Shown here piece by piece: positions 7,108 through 15,494 of a stretch of 15,494 nucleotides of DNA (the first letter of the stretch is position 1; every line of letters starts with the position of its first letter). The stretch comes from an uncultured candidate division Zixibacteria bacterium (GTDB lineage Bacteria > Zixibacteria > MSB-5A5 > UBA10806): assembly GCA_963801605.1 (NCBI GenBank), contig CAWDFP010000013.1:1-15494 (forward strand), written 5' to 3'. The notes under the pieces are model-generated. The model was not told the DNA's origin. It did no database searches and saw only the letters and a program-made list of their open reading frames with translations. The translations under genes were made by a program, and so were the position numbers.

Positions 7108-9216
7108 TTATTTCAACAGCGTCATTTTGATAGTTTGAGATTCTTTGCCGTTTTCAAGACGCGCGAAATAAACACCGGAAGCAACATCGCTGCCGTTCCA
7201 GGTAACCGAATGGGTCCCTGCGATCTGGTGACCATCGGATAGCTTGGTAACCAGGCGGCCCATAATGTCATAGATGCACAGGGTTACATCGGCAGGATGA
7301 GATAAATTGTATTTGATGATAGTCGACGGGTTGAACGGATTAGGATAGTTCTGTTCAAGCATAAAGGCACTTGGCAGTTGATTGCCGCCTTCGTCAACAG
7401 CGGTCGGCCGGAAAAGCAATACCATGACGGAGAACCGATCCGCAACAAGGATGTATCCATTGGATAAGAAGACACCCTCGGCAGAGCCTGGCGTATCGTA
7501 GCTTCCAAGAATCACAGGTAAATTTTGATTGGCAATATTCAGCACTACGATTCCCTGATCTTTAATCGCCACATAAGCTACGGTACCATCGAGAAATACT
7601 TTTCTGGCGTCTCCACCGGTAATGGTTCTGCTAACCAGGGTCGGGTTTTGAGGATTGCTTACGTTGATGATAAAGAATCCGCCGGTGCTGCCAGCGACAT
7701 AAGCGCGGTTGCCGGAGACGATAATGCTGGCCGCAAATCCCGTCATCGAGAAATGGCCCACATGGCTGGGATTGACAGGGTTGGAGATATCAACTATTTC
7801 CACGCCATTGTTCCAATCGGCGATATAGGCATAATTGCCGGCTACGGCAACTCCCCAGGCGGCGCCCGGAGTATCATAGGCACCTACAAAAACCGGCAGG
7901 GCGGGATTGGCAACATTAATTATCTGCAGGCCGGAGGTGTAATCGGCGACGTAGGCATAATCGCCGGCTTTGAAAACGCTGTAAGCGGTGCCCGGAGTAT
8001 CGAATGAGCCAACCACATTGAAGTTGGCGTTTTGAGCGATATCAATTATTTGAAGTCCGGCTAAACCGTCGGCGATATAAGCGAAATGATCCTGAATGAA
8101 AACATTCATAGCGTTGCCGGGGGTATCATGTCCGCCGACCATGGCCGGATTAAAATGATCGGTGAAATCGAGAACATTGAGGCCGGTTTTGCCGGTGGCG
8201 GTATAAATATAGTTGCCATTGACAAAAAGATTGGTTGAGGTACCAACGGTCTGATACGAGCCTGCCAGGGTTGGATGAGTGATATCTGTGAGATTAAATA
8301 CTTTCACACCGGCCTGGTAGTCAGTCATATAAGCGAAGTTACCGGTAACTGCAATGGCGGTGGAAAAATCGGTTCCGCGGGCGGCACCGAGATGCGCCGG
8401 TTCGCTCGGTATAGTAACGTCGACAATTTCCATGCCTCCGGTTGTCACTGCCATGAAAGCATGATTGTTATTGAGAGTCACGTTGAAGGCCGGGCAGTCG
8501 GCGGCGTAGCTGGCGATAATGGCCGGATGGGCCGGGTCGGTAGTGTTGACGACGCGCAATTGACCGTCGACGACATAAGCAACGTTGCTGGCATAAGCGA
8601 CCGCCTGGGCTGTACCGGGAGTAGCGACAGTCCCTAACAACGCGGGGGCAGCAGGATTGGTAACATCGACAATCGCCAGACCGCGAGCGCCGATAGCGAG
8701 GTAGGCTTTGTTGCTTACCACGGTGACATCATTGGCCGGTCCGGTAGTCCCAAAAGTGCTGATCGGCTGAGGATTCAAGGGATCAGCGACATTGAAAATC
8801 TGCATGCCAGCACCCATCTCGGCAACATAAAGGTAATTGCCCTGCACTGCCATAGCGGTTGCATAGCCGATGGTAGGATAGCTGCTGTACATCTGAGGAT
8901 TATTGGGAACGGAAATATCAATGACAGAAAATCCAATGTAGCCATCAGCAATGTAAGCATAGTGTCCGGAGATGGCAATTTCGCGGCCATTACCACCAAG
9001 ACAAATCTGCGATACGAAGTTGGGACTTGTTGGATTGCTGATGTTAAGCGTGATCAATCCGTTTTCAAAAACACAGTAAGCGTAATTGCCGACAACTGCG
9101 ACATCACGTGCGCCAGTCCAGAATGTCGATGTCACATAATCGATATTATCGGCGTAGACAACTGTGGACGCCAACAGGAAAGTCGCCAGGATCAAACCTA
9201 TAGCAACGCGTTTCAT
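7108..9216 (-). CDS. Secreted LVIVD-repeat beta-propeller protein with C-terminal T9SS type-A-like (FlgD/Ig-like) sorting domain
   Basis: Signal peptide MKRVAIGLILATFLLASTVVYA. About 14 repeats of 42 aa (V-x-GNYAYVAD-x3-GLxIIDISNPxxPxxVGxYDTPG), with a 126-nt DNA period visible at 7864/7990/8116. C-terminus LEQNYPNPFNPST...SGVYFARL...KMTLLK. AGGAGG RBS. Confidence 0.9.
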   Translation of the reverse strand: MKRVAIGLILATFLLASTVVYADNIDYVTSTFWTGARDVAVVGNYAYCVFENGLITLNISNPTSPNFVSQICLGGNGREIAISGHYAYIADGYIGFSVIDISVPNNPQMYSSYPTIGYATAMAVQGNYLYVAEMGAGMQIFNVADPLNPQPISTFGTTGPANDVTVVSNKAYLAIGARGLAIVDVTNPAAPALLGTVATPGTAQAVAYASNVAYVVDGQLRVVNTTDPAHPAIIASYAADCPAFNVTLNNNHAFMAVTTGGMEIVDVTIPSEPAHLGAARGTDFSTAIAVTGNFAYMTDYQAGVKVFNLTDITHPTLAGSYQTVGTSTNLFVNGNYIYTATGKTGLNVLDFTDHFNPAMVGGHDTPGNAMNVFIQDHFAYIADGLAGLQIIDIAQNANFNVVGSFDTPGTAYSVFKAGDYAYVADYTSGLQIINVANPALPVFVGAYDTPGAAWGVAVAGNYAYIADWNNGVEIVDISNPVNPSHVGHFSMTGFAASIIVSGNRAYVAGSTGGFFIINVSNPQNPTLVSRTITGGDARKVFLDGTVAYVAIKDQGIVVLNIANQNLPVILGSYDTPGSAEGVFLSNGYILVADRFSVMVLLFRPTAVDEGGNQLPSAFMLEQNYPNPFNPSTIIKYNLSHPADVTLCIYDIMGRLVTKLSDGHQIAGTHSVTWNGSDVASGVYFARLENGKESQTIKMTLLK

Positions 9217-9316
9217 TAGAACCTCCTAACCCTTATCGGCCGAACTATTTTTTTAACAAAGCTCATGGTTTGTGGCGCACCAAAAAAGAAGACAATAAGC
9301 GGTACGCATCCGAATT

Positions 9317-9344
9317 AATTTAAGACATGTTAATGGTTTGTCAA
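9317..9344 (-). promoter_or_regulatory. Candidate sigma70-type promoter for the 9216 gene
   Basis: Minus strand TTGACA-N16-TAAATT. Confidence 0.4.
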
Positions 9345-9532
9345 GCCTATACTGCAAACTTTCTGCAAGATTTAGCATCACGCGCACCATCCTTTAGCAG
9401 TTTACATAATGCCGAGATTCCCTTAATGTCTCAAATACGTTAAAAGATAATTACTTAGCTAATACTTTATAAATCTGCTCCCGATATGAAAATCCGATGT
9501 TCATCCCTATTTTAATCATCGGATAGTATAGT

Positions 9533-9548
9533 TGCAAATTAAGTGCCC
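9533..9548 (-). promoter_or_regulatory. Candidate sigma54 (-24/-12) promoter facing the 9216 gene
   Basis: Minus strand GGGCAC-TTAAT-TTGCA has exact GG-N10-GC spacing against the consensus TGGCAC-N5-TTGCW. Confidence 0.45.
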
Positions 9549-9657
9549 CAGAGCAGTCAAATTTTCTCACCGGGCCAAAGGCCGAATAATTGTCTGAAAG
9601 TACGATCGGTGTTGAATATGGACTATCAAAAAAATGGAACGCGCGGTTAATATTATC

Positions 9658-9686
9658 TTGTTATTACAGATGAATAGGGCTATTAT
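9658..9686 (+). promoter_or_regulatory. Candidate sigma70-type promoter for the 9778 gene cluster
   Basis: TTGTTA-N17-TATTAT, about 90 nt upstream of the ATG. Confidence 0.45.
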
Positions 9687-9777
9687 TTTATCCAACGCTT
9701 ATTTTAGAGACAGCTTTTCTCAATGGGTGATTAGGCAGCACAGGCAAGTTAAATCACAAACAAATTGAGGAGGAAAT

Positions 9778-11940
9778 ATGAGACGGTGGATGGTCTTAAT
9801 AATTCCGGCCTACCTGACACTGGGGATACTATCCAGTGCGATGTCCCAAAATTTGGAATATGTAGGCTCAAGCCTATGGAGCCTGAATTATGATGTTAAA
9901 ATTGTTGGATCATACGCCTACTGCGCTTATGCCAATGGGCTTGTTATCCTGAATATCTCTGATCCCTCCACTCCAACTTTTTGCAGCAAAACCTATCTTC
10001 CGGGAAGAGCCAAGAAGCTCGATATTTCGGGAAATTACGTCTTTGTGGCTGATAGCGTTGGAGGCTTTCAGATAATCGACGCCACCGATATTTTTCATCC
10101 GGTTGTCATGTCAAGTTATAGCGCTGAAGGCAGCGCAAATGACGTATTTATATCGGGTAACTATGCGTATGTCGCCAACGATACCTCGGGGCTGATAATC
10201 CTGAATATATCCGATCCCGCCAATCCGAATTTGATTGGCAGCCTCAGACTGCCTGACGGGATCAAGGCAACAGCAGTTCATGTGGCCGGGGATTATGCCT
10301 ATGTCGGCGGCATGCACCGGCCATCGGATTATTTGGGAGCGGTTTATATAATCAATATAAGCGATCCCGCATATCCCCTGCTAATCAGAAGTATAAGCGA
10401 CATGTTTTCGACGGTTACTTCAATTGACGTGATTGATAGTACCCTTTATTTCGACGGGTGTCATATTTTCGGCCCGAGTCGCGAAGGCACGCTTTATCTC
10501 TACAATATATCCAATCCGGATACCCCCGCTTTAATTACGCGGATTCGCAGCGGGGCTATCGATTTTATGATTAATGGTCATTTTGCTTATAATTTGATTT
10601 CAGATGGAATATTTATTTATGATATTATCGATCCATATCATCCGGTATTTTTGGGAATATTAGGAATCAACCATTCGAAGGGTATTTTCGTAAGGGGAGA
10701 TTACGCCTATGTGGCTTGCAATTCGGGATTGAAAATTGCAAATATTCTTGATCCCAATGAGCCTACCCTGAGCGGAAGTTTTGAGTCTGATTACGCTCCT
10801 GAGGACGTGGCCGTGGCCGGCGGCTATGCTTATGTGGCTGACGCCAATAATTCAATATTTGCCATCGATATTTCAAATTTGGCCGATCCTACTCTGGTTT
10901 CCAGTTGCAGTTTACCGGGCATGGCGCTAGGAATAAAAGTATCGGGCAATTATGCTTATGTTGCCGATTATGGAGATGGCCTGCAAATAGTCGATATAAG
11001 TAATCCAGATTCAATGCATATTGTCGGCGGCATTGCCACGAGTGGACGAGTATTCAATGTATTTCTTCAAGGAAACTATGCCTACGTTGTTAATTATGAT
11101 CTGGGATTATTAATAGTTAATATTACCGATCCGGCCAATCCCTCATTGGCTGGACTGTACGATACCGAGCCAAATTCCTCGATGAATGTCTTTGTTAGAG
11201 GTAATTACGCCTATATCGGGGGCAGCTCAAACGGGCAAATTGCCTGCTTTAAGATAGTTAATGTTGAAAATCCAGGTGCGCCTACGCTGGTCAGCCAATC
11301 TTATTTCCAGGCAGATTTTTTTGGGGTTGACGTAAGGGATAGCCTTGCCTATGTCAGCGGCGCTCCGAATTATTTTGGCATTATCGATATTTCCAATCCG
11401 GCCACACCAATACCGCTTGGCACCTACTCAACTCAGGAAGGTGCATTTGATGTTAAGGTGGTTGGAAACTACGCCTATGTCGGCGACGGGTATTTTGGCA
11501 TGAAAGTAATTGATATCAGCAATCCATTCAGTCCCAGTCTGGTCTCAAGTTATTTTCTGCCGGACAGGATTTCCCATCTAACCATTGTCGGTGATCTTTG
11601 TTATGTAACCGGCGGATGTTCGATCGTAATTTTTCGGATAAATTCCGAGGGAGTCGAAGACGATATAAGTTGTCCCCAGAATTTTTCGTTGATGCAGAAT
11701 TATCCAAATCCATTTAATGCCCGGACAATCATAAGCTATAACTTATCCGAGGCGGAACGGGTTGAGATCTTAATTTTCAACATTTTGGGAGAGAAAATAG
11801 CGGCGCTTTCAAACGGGCTGGAGCAGGCAGGTTATCATCAGGTGGTGTGGGATGCGAGTGAGGAGCCATCGGGAATATATATCGCCAGAATGGAATCGGG
11901 AAAAAGAGTTCAAAATATTAAGATGGTGCTTTTGAAGTAG
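9778..11940 (+). CDS. Secreted LVIVD-repeat beta-propeller protein with C-terminal T9SS type-A-like sorting domain (paralog of 7108..9216)
   Basis: GAGGAGG RBS, signal peptide, repeated GNYAYVAD-x3-GLxIVDISNP units, and a C-terminus LMQNYPNPFNARTII...SGIYIARM...KMVLLK. Confidence 0.9.
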   Translation: MRRWMVLIIPAYLTLGILSSAMSQNLEYVGSSLWSLNYDVKIVGSYAYCAYANGLVILNISDPSTPTFCSKTYLPGRAKKLDISGNYVFVADSVGGFQIIDATDIFHPVVMSSYSAEGSANDVFISGNYAYVANDTSGLIILNISDPANPNLIGSLRLPDGIKATAVHVAGDYAYVGGMHRPSDYLGAVYIINISDPAYPLLIRSISDMFSTVTSIDVIDSTLYFDGCHIFGPSREGTLYLYNISNPDTPALITRIRSGAIDFMINGHFAYNLISDGIFIYDIIDPYHPVFLGILGINHSKGIFVRGDYAYVACNSGLKIANILDPNEPTLSGSFESDYAPEDVAVAGGYAYVADANNSIFAIDISNLADPTLVSSCSLPGMALGIKVSGNYAYVADYGDGLQIVDISNPDSMHIVGGIATSGRVFNVFLQGNYAYVVNYDLGLLIVNITDPANPSLAGLYDTEPNSSMNVFVRGNYAYIGGSSNGQIACFKIVNVENPGAPTLVSQSYFQADFFGVDVRDSLAYVSGAPNYFGIIDISNPATPIPLGTYSTQEGAFDVKVVGNYAYVGDGYFGMKVIDISNPFSPSLVSSYFLPDRISHLTIVGDLCYVTGGCSIVIFRINSEGVEDDISCPQNFSLMQNYPNPFNARTIISYNLSEAERVEILIFNILGEKIAALSNGLEQAGYHQVVWDASEEPSGIYIARMESGKRVQNIKMVLLK
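11697..11940 (+). repeat. Direct repeat copy 1: DNA encoding the C-terminal sorting domain
   Basis: Hand alignment to 13422..13666 shows the first 62 nt identical and 23 substitutions plus one extra base over 244 nt (about 90%). Confidence 0.92.
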
Positions 11941-12000
11941 ATTATCCAGGAATGCCGAAACGATTATTGCAATTCGAATAAACGAATCAGGGAGGAATCC

Positions 12001-13666
12001 ATGAATCGCCAAGCGTTTATATGGATATTGGGGTTTATTATCAGCGCAATTACTTTGTTAGCGCCAAAGGCGCAAAGCCAGGTATATTGCCAATGGTTAA
12101 ATGCATTCGGTAATCTGGGTGTTTCGGATAAGCCTCTGGATTTGGTATTAGATAATCGAGAGAATATATATGTAACGGGATACAGCTCCGACGGAAGCTT
12201 CAACGCCCGAAGCCGTTTCCTGACCGCCAAGTTCGATTCCACGGGGAACATGCTTTGGAGTCAGTCTTTTGGCGGTGGTAACTCGACGCATATCGGCAAG
12301 GCATTGGTGGTTGATATCTTCGGGAATACCATTGTCACCGGACTCGGCGGGTCCAGCCCCTGGAGTCTCGAAACGATAAAATATGACAGCGAGGGTGAAT
12401 ATGCATGGTCTGAAGTTTTGCCTGTGAACGTGGGTCTTAACTGGCATAGTAATTATAATATTGCGGTTGACTCGTCAGGAAATGTTTATATAGGCTGTAC
12501 GGATTTTAATACTAATTCAATACACGTGGTTAAATATGGTCCTGACGGCGCTTTGATTTGGGACACAGTTTTAAATATGAGCAACGGCGAAGAGGAGCCA
12601 TCAAGAATAATCCTGAGCAACGGATTCTTGTATGTTACGGGATTAATCTGGAATGGAGGGCAAGGCGATATGATCCTTTTAAAGCTCAATTTAAGCGGTG
12701 ACACTATATGGACGAGGAGCTATAATAATCCTACCGGTCAGGATGATTACGGGTTGAAAGTTTTGGCCGATAATAACGGAGATATCGTTGTAGGAGGCGT
12801 ATCGATGATGTCTCATGGCTGGACGCCAGCTTTGCTAAAATACAATGAAGCAGGCGATCTTATTTGGGAATCCATTTTCAGCGAGCCGGGATATAGAGGC
12901 GGCTGGCTTAACAATATCGATATCGACTTCTCCGACAATATCTATGCTGAATGTTCAATCAATAGCAATCCTCCAGGGGAACCCGAACAGGATTATCTCC
13001 TGGTAAAATACAACAGCGACGGAGGCATTATCTGGTCAAGATTTGTTGACGATGCCAGAGGATTGACATCGGTTTCTTCCGATTTATCAGTGGATCGAGC
13101 CGGTAACGCGTATGTAGTGCGCGATCTCATAGTTGATAGCAGTTTGGATATCGTAACCATGAAATATAATTCTGACGGAGAGCTTTTGTGGTCGATAAAT
13201 TACGATAGTCCCGGCTTTAGCGAAGATAGAGTGGGAAATATAATAGTTGCGGAAAATGGCGATGTCTATATTGCGGGATGCGCCGACGTTGACTCCACCA
13301 ATGGAAATCCCCCTGACACGTCCGGGATAGACTATGATTTCGTGGTAGCAAAATATATTCAGAACGCTCAGGGAATTGAAAACGATAATGGCCTGGTTCC
13401 AGATCAAGTATCGCTTTTAAGGAATTATCCAAATCCATTTAATGCCCGGACAATCATAAGCTATAACTTATCCGAGGCGGAACAGGGTCGAGATTTTGAT
13501 TTTCAATATCCTGGGGCAGAAAATAGCGGCGCTCTCGAACGGGCTAGAGCAGGCGGGCGCTCATCAGGTTGTGTGGGATGCGAGTGAGGAGCCATCGGGA
13601 ATATATTTCGCCAGAATGGAATCGGGAAAGCGAGTTCAAAATATTAAAATGGTGCTTTTGAAATGA
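12001..13666 (+). CDS. Secreted SBBP-like beta-propeller repeat protein with T9SS type-A-like C-terminal domain; one extra base near 13484
   Basis: GGAGG RBS, signal peptide and repeats of the type AVDSSGNVYI/VTG...KYDSxGxxxW. NYPNPFNARTII is followed by a frameshift (GAACAGGGTC versus GAACGGGTT in the paralogous copy). The shifted frame ends KMVLLK-TGA at 13666. Confidence 0.85.
13422..13666 (+). repeat. Direct repeat copy 2: DNA encoding the C-terminal sorting domain
   Basis: About 90% identical to 11697..11940 by hand alignment. Confidence 0.92.
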
Positions 13667-13772
13667 GCTTGATGGAACGAATTTCCAAAAAAATTCGAAT
13701 TTCGATACAATATCAGGTAGGATCAATTTGGCCATCTTAAAAAAAGGAAGTTTTAGGAGCGGCGATAGCAGC

Positions 13773-15393
13773 ATGAAATTTATTATATGCATATTTCTTT
13801 TTCTATCTTGGTACGAGGCCGGAAATTCGCATGGGGTCGATACTGCCTGGGTGCGAATCTATGATAGTCCAGAACATAGCCGCGATATCGGCAATACGGT
13901 TATCGTAGATAGCCTGGATAGAATCTACGTAGGAGGATTTTCGGATGACCCCAGCCGCGCTCAAGATGTGATCGTATATGATACCAGCGGCAATACGCTC
14001 TGGAGCAGAGTATATGGCTGCACCGCGCCGCTCTGGTATGGATCTAATTCGATCGCGCTGGGAGGTCTGGGAGATGTATTTTCTACAGGTCCGGAATTCT
14101 GTCATGGAACTTTCAATTTTGGAACGACGCGCTATTCAAATGCAGGAGATTCGATCTGGACAAGGCTGTATCCAAATTCGCCGAGCGGATATGGGCAGGC
14201 CAGAACGCTGGCCGCCGATAATGATGGCAATGTTTATGTTCTGGGAATCAGGGAGGACCCGGAAAATCCGTGCCTGTGGGCAACAATCAAGTATGATCGC
14301 GAGGGCAACAGGCGTTGGGTGGCAATTTATAGAGGCACTCGCTACGAAACCCCCGGTCAACCTTTTGAGATCGCCGTAGATAATTGGGGTAATGTAATCG
14401 TTACAGGCGAGGTAGCCGGTTATAATGGTATCGATGGTTTCGCCACCATAAAATATGATTCCAGCGGAGCGGAGATCTGGTCAAATATATGCAATAGCGG
14501 CATATTATATGGTGAGGGCAGGAAATTAGCGGTTGACCCCACAGGCAATATCTATTTAATCGGCTATGTCAGCGGCCAACAGCTGCTTATCAAATACGAA
14601 CCTGACGGCGGTATTGGCTGGGAAAAATATCTTTGGGACAATGGCGGATTAATCGGAATGGGTGTAACAACAGATACACTTGGAAACATTTACACAATCG
14701 GAATGGCATCGGATTCACCGATGATGCTGTACTATAATATGCTGACGGACTAAGTATACTCCCAACGGAGATATTTACTGGCAAAGAGAATATGATGGGC
14801 CGATCGGGAGAAGCGATATTCCGTTCGATATTATCGTTGGAGGCAGCGGAGCAGTATATGTTGGGGGCACCAGCGCCAGCACATCCACAAACCGGGATTA
14901 TTGCGCATTGAAATATACATCAGGGGGCGATCTGCTGTGGGTTGGGCGCTATAACCGTACCGGCAACGGATTCGAAAATGTTTTCAGTATCGCGCTCGAC
15001 GATCAGGAAAATGTCTATGTCACCGGGGGAAGCCAGGGAATATCCGGAATGCGCGACGATTATGATATCGCCACAGTTAAATTCGTAGAAAATCCGAACG
15101 ATGCTGTCCAAGAGGGGTCATCGATTCCCAACGTAAATACTATATTAGGAGCTTATCCCAATCCTTTCAATGCGCGGACGAGTATCAGTTATAGAATTGC
15201 GGCCAAAGGTCCGATCAAAATCGATGTTTTTAATATTACGGGCCAGAAGGCGGCAGTATTATTAGATGAGGTTGAATCGGAAGGGAATCATAACGTGGTT
15301 TGGAACGCATCGTCATTTCCGTCGGGGGTGTATATCGTGCGATTAGAAACGGCGATGGGGTCGCAGAGTATAAAAACGGTGTTGTTGAAATAG
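13773..15393 (+). CDS. Secreted SBBP-like beta-propeller repeat protein with T9SS type-A-like C-terminal domain; one extra base near 14748 (joins track ORFs 13728..14753 and 14908..15393)
   Basis: ATG 13773 gives a signal-like MKFIICIFLFLSW. Repeats DNDGNVYV..TIKYDxxGxxxW are present. Removing one G in ACGGACTAAG gives MLTTKYTPNGDIYWQREYDG, which stays open into the 14908 ORF and ends AYPNPFNART...SGVYIVRL...KTVLLK. Confidence 0.85.
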
Positions 15394-15461
15394 ATTTTAG
15401 TTGAAAGCGACATACAAGGGGTATGTTGTAAAAGAGATAGTTTGGGAAGCAGGATTAAAGA

Positions 15462-15494
15462 GTCAAGACCGGGTTTGTCGGGTTTCTCGCTATG
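15462..15494. repeat. Start of another REP-like copy, truncated by the window edge
   Basis: TTTGTCGGGTTTCTCGCT (15474-15491) is identical to 796-813, and GTCAAGACC (15462-15470) matches 2830-2838. Confidence 0.7.

Noticed and set aside
11697..13666. Diversity-generating retroelement TR/VR pair
   Set aside because: The differences are mostly synonymous third-position changes involving all bases (many C/T), not adenine-specific. Both copies are coding, and there is no reverse transcriptase in the window.
13728..13772. TTG start at 13728 for the last gene
   Set aside because: ATG 13773 follows AGGAG and gives a typical short signal-peptide N-region.
13480..14753. Programmed ribosomal frameshifting in the SBBP-like genes
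   Set aside because: There is no slippery sequence or stimulatory structure at either site, and the paralogous CTD copy shows the uninterrupted frame.
1776..15111. Numerous antisense and out-of-frame ORFs overlapping bshB1, the rib genes and the propeller genes
   Set aside because: These are shadow ORFs of well-supported genes, with no motifs or RBS support.

Overview
Bacterial chromosomal window; the NYPNPFN-type C-terminal domains suggest an FCB-group organism such as Zixibacteria or KSB1, which is an inference only. The left part holds a frameshifted DUF1003-like membrane protein gene, clusters of GTAG-type REP-like palindromes, a secreted hypothetical protein, a 35-aa membrane smORF missing from the ORF track and a BshB1/PIG-L deacetylase. 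The centre is a minus-strand riboflavin operon (ribD-ribE-ribBA-ribH-nusB) under an FMN riboswitch whose terminator and antiterminator can be read from the sequence. The right part holds four secreted beta-propeller proteins (two LVIVD-repeat, two SBBP-like), all ending in a T9SS type-A-like sorting domain. Two of them share an about 90% identical 244-bp DNA copy of that domain on unrelated passenger domains. Three genes carry a single frameshift, most simply explained as sequencing or assembly indels. No CRISPR array, transposase, tRNA or rRNA was found.
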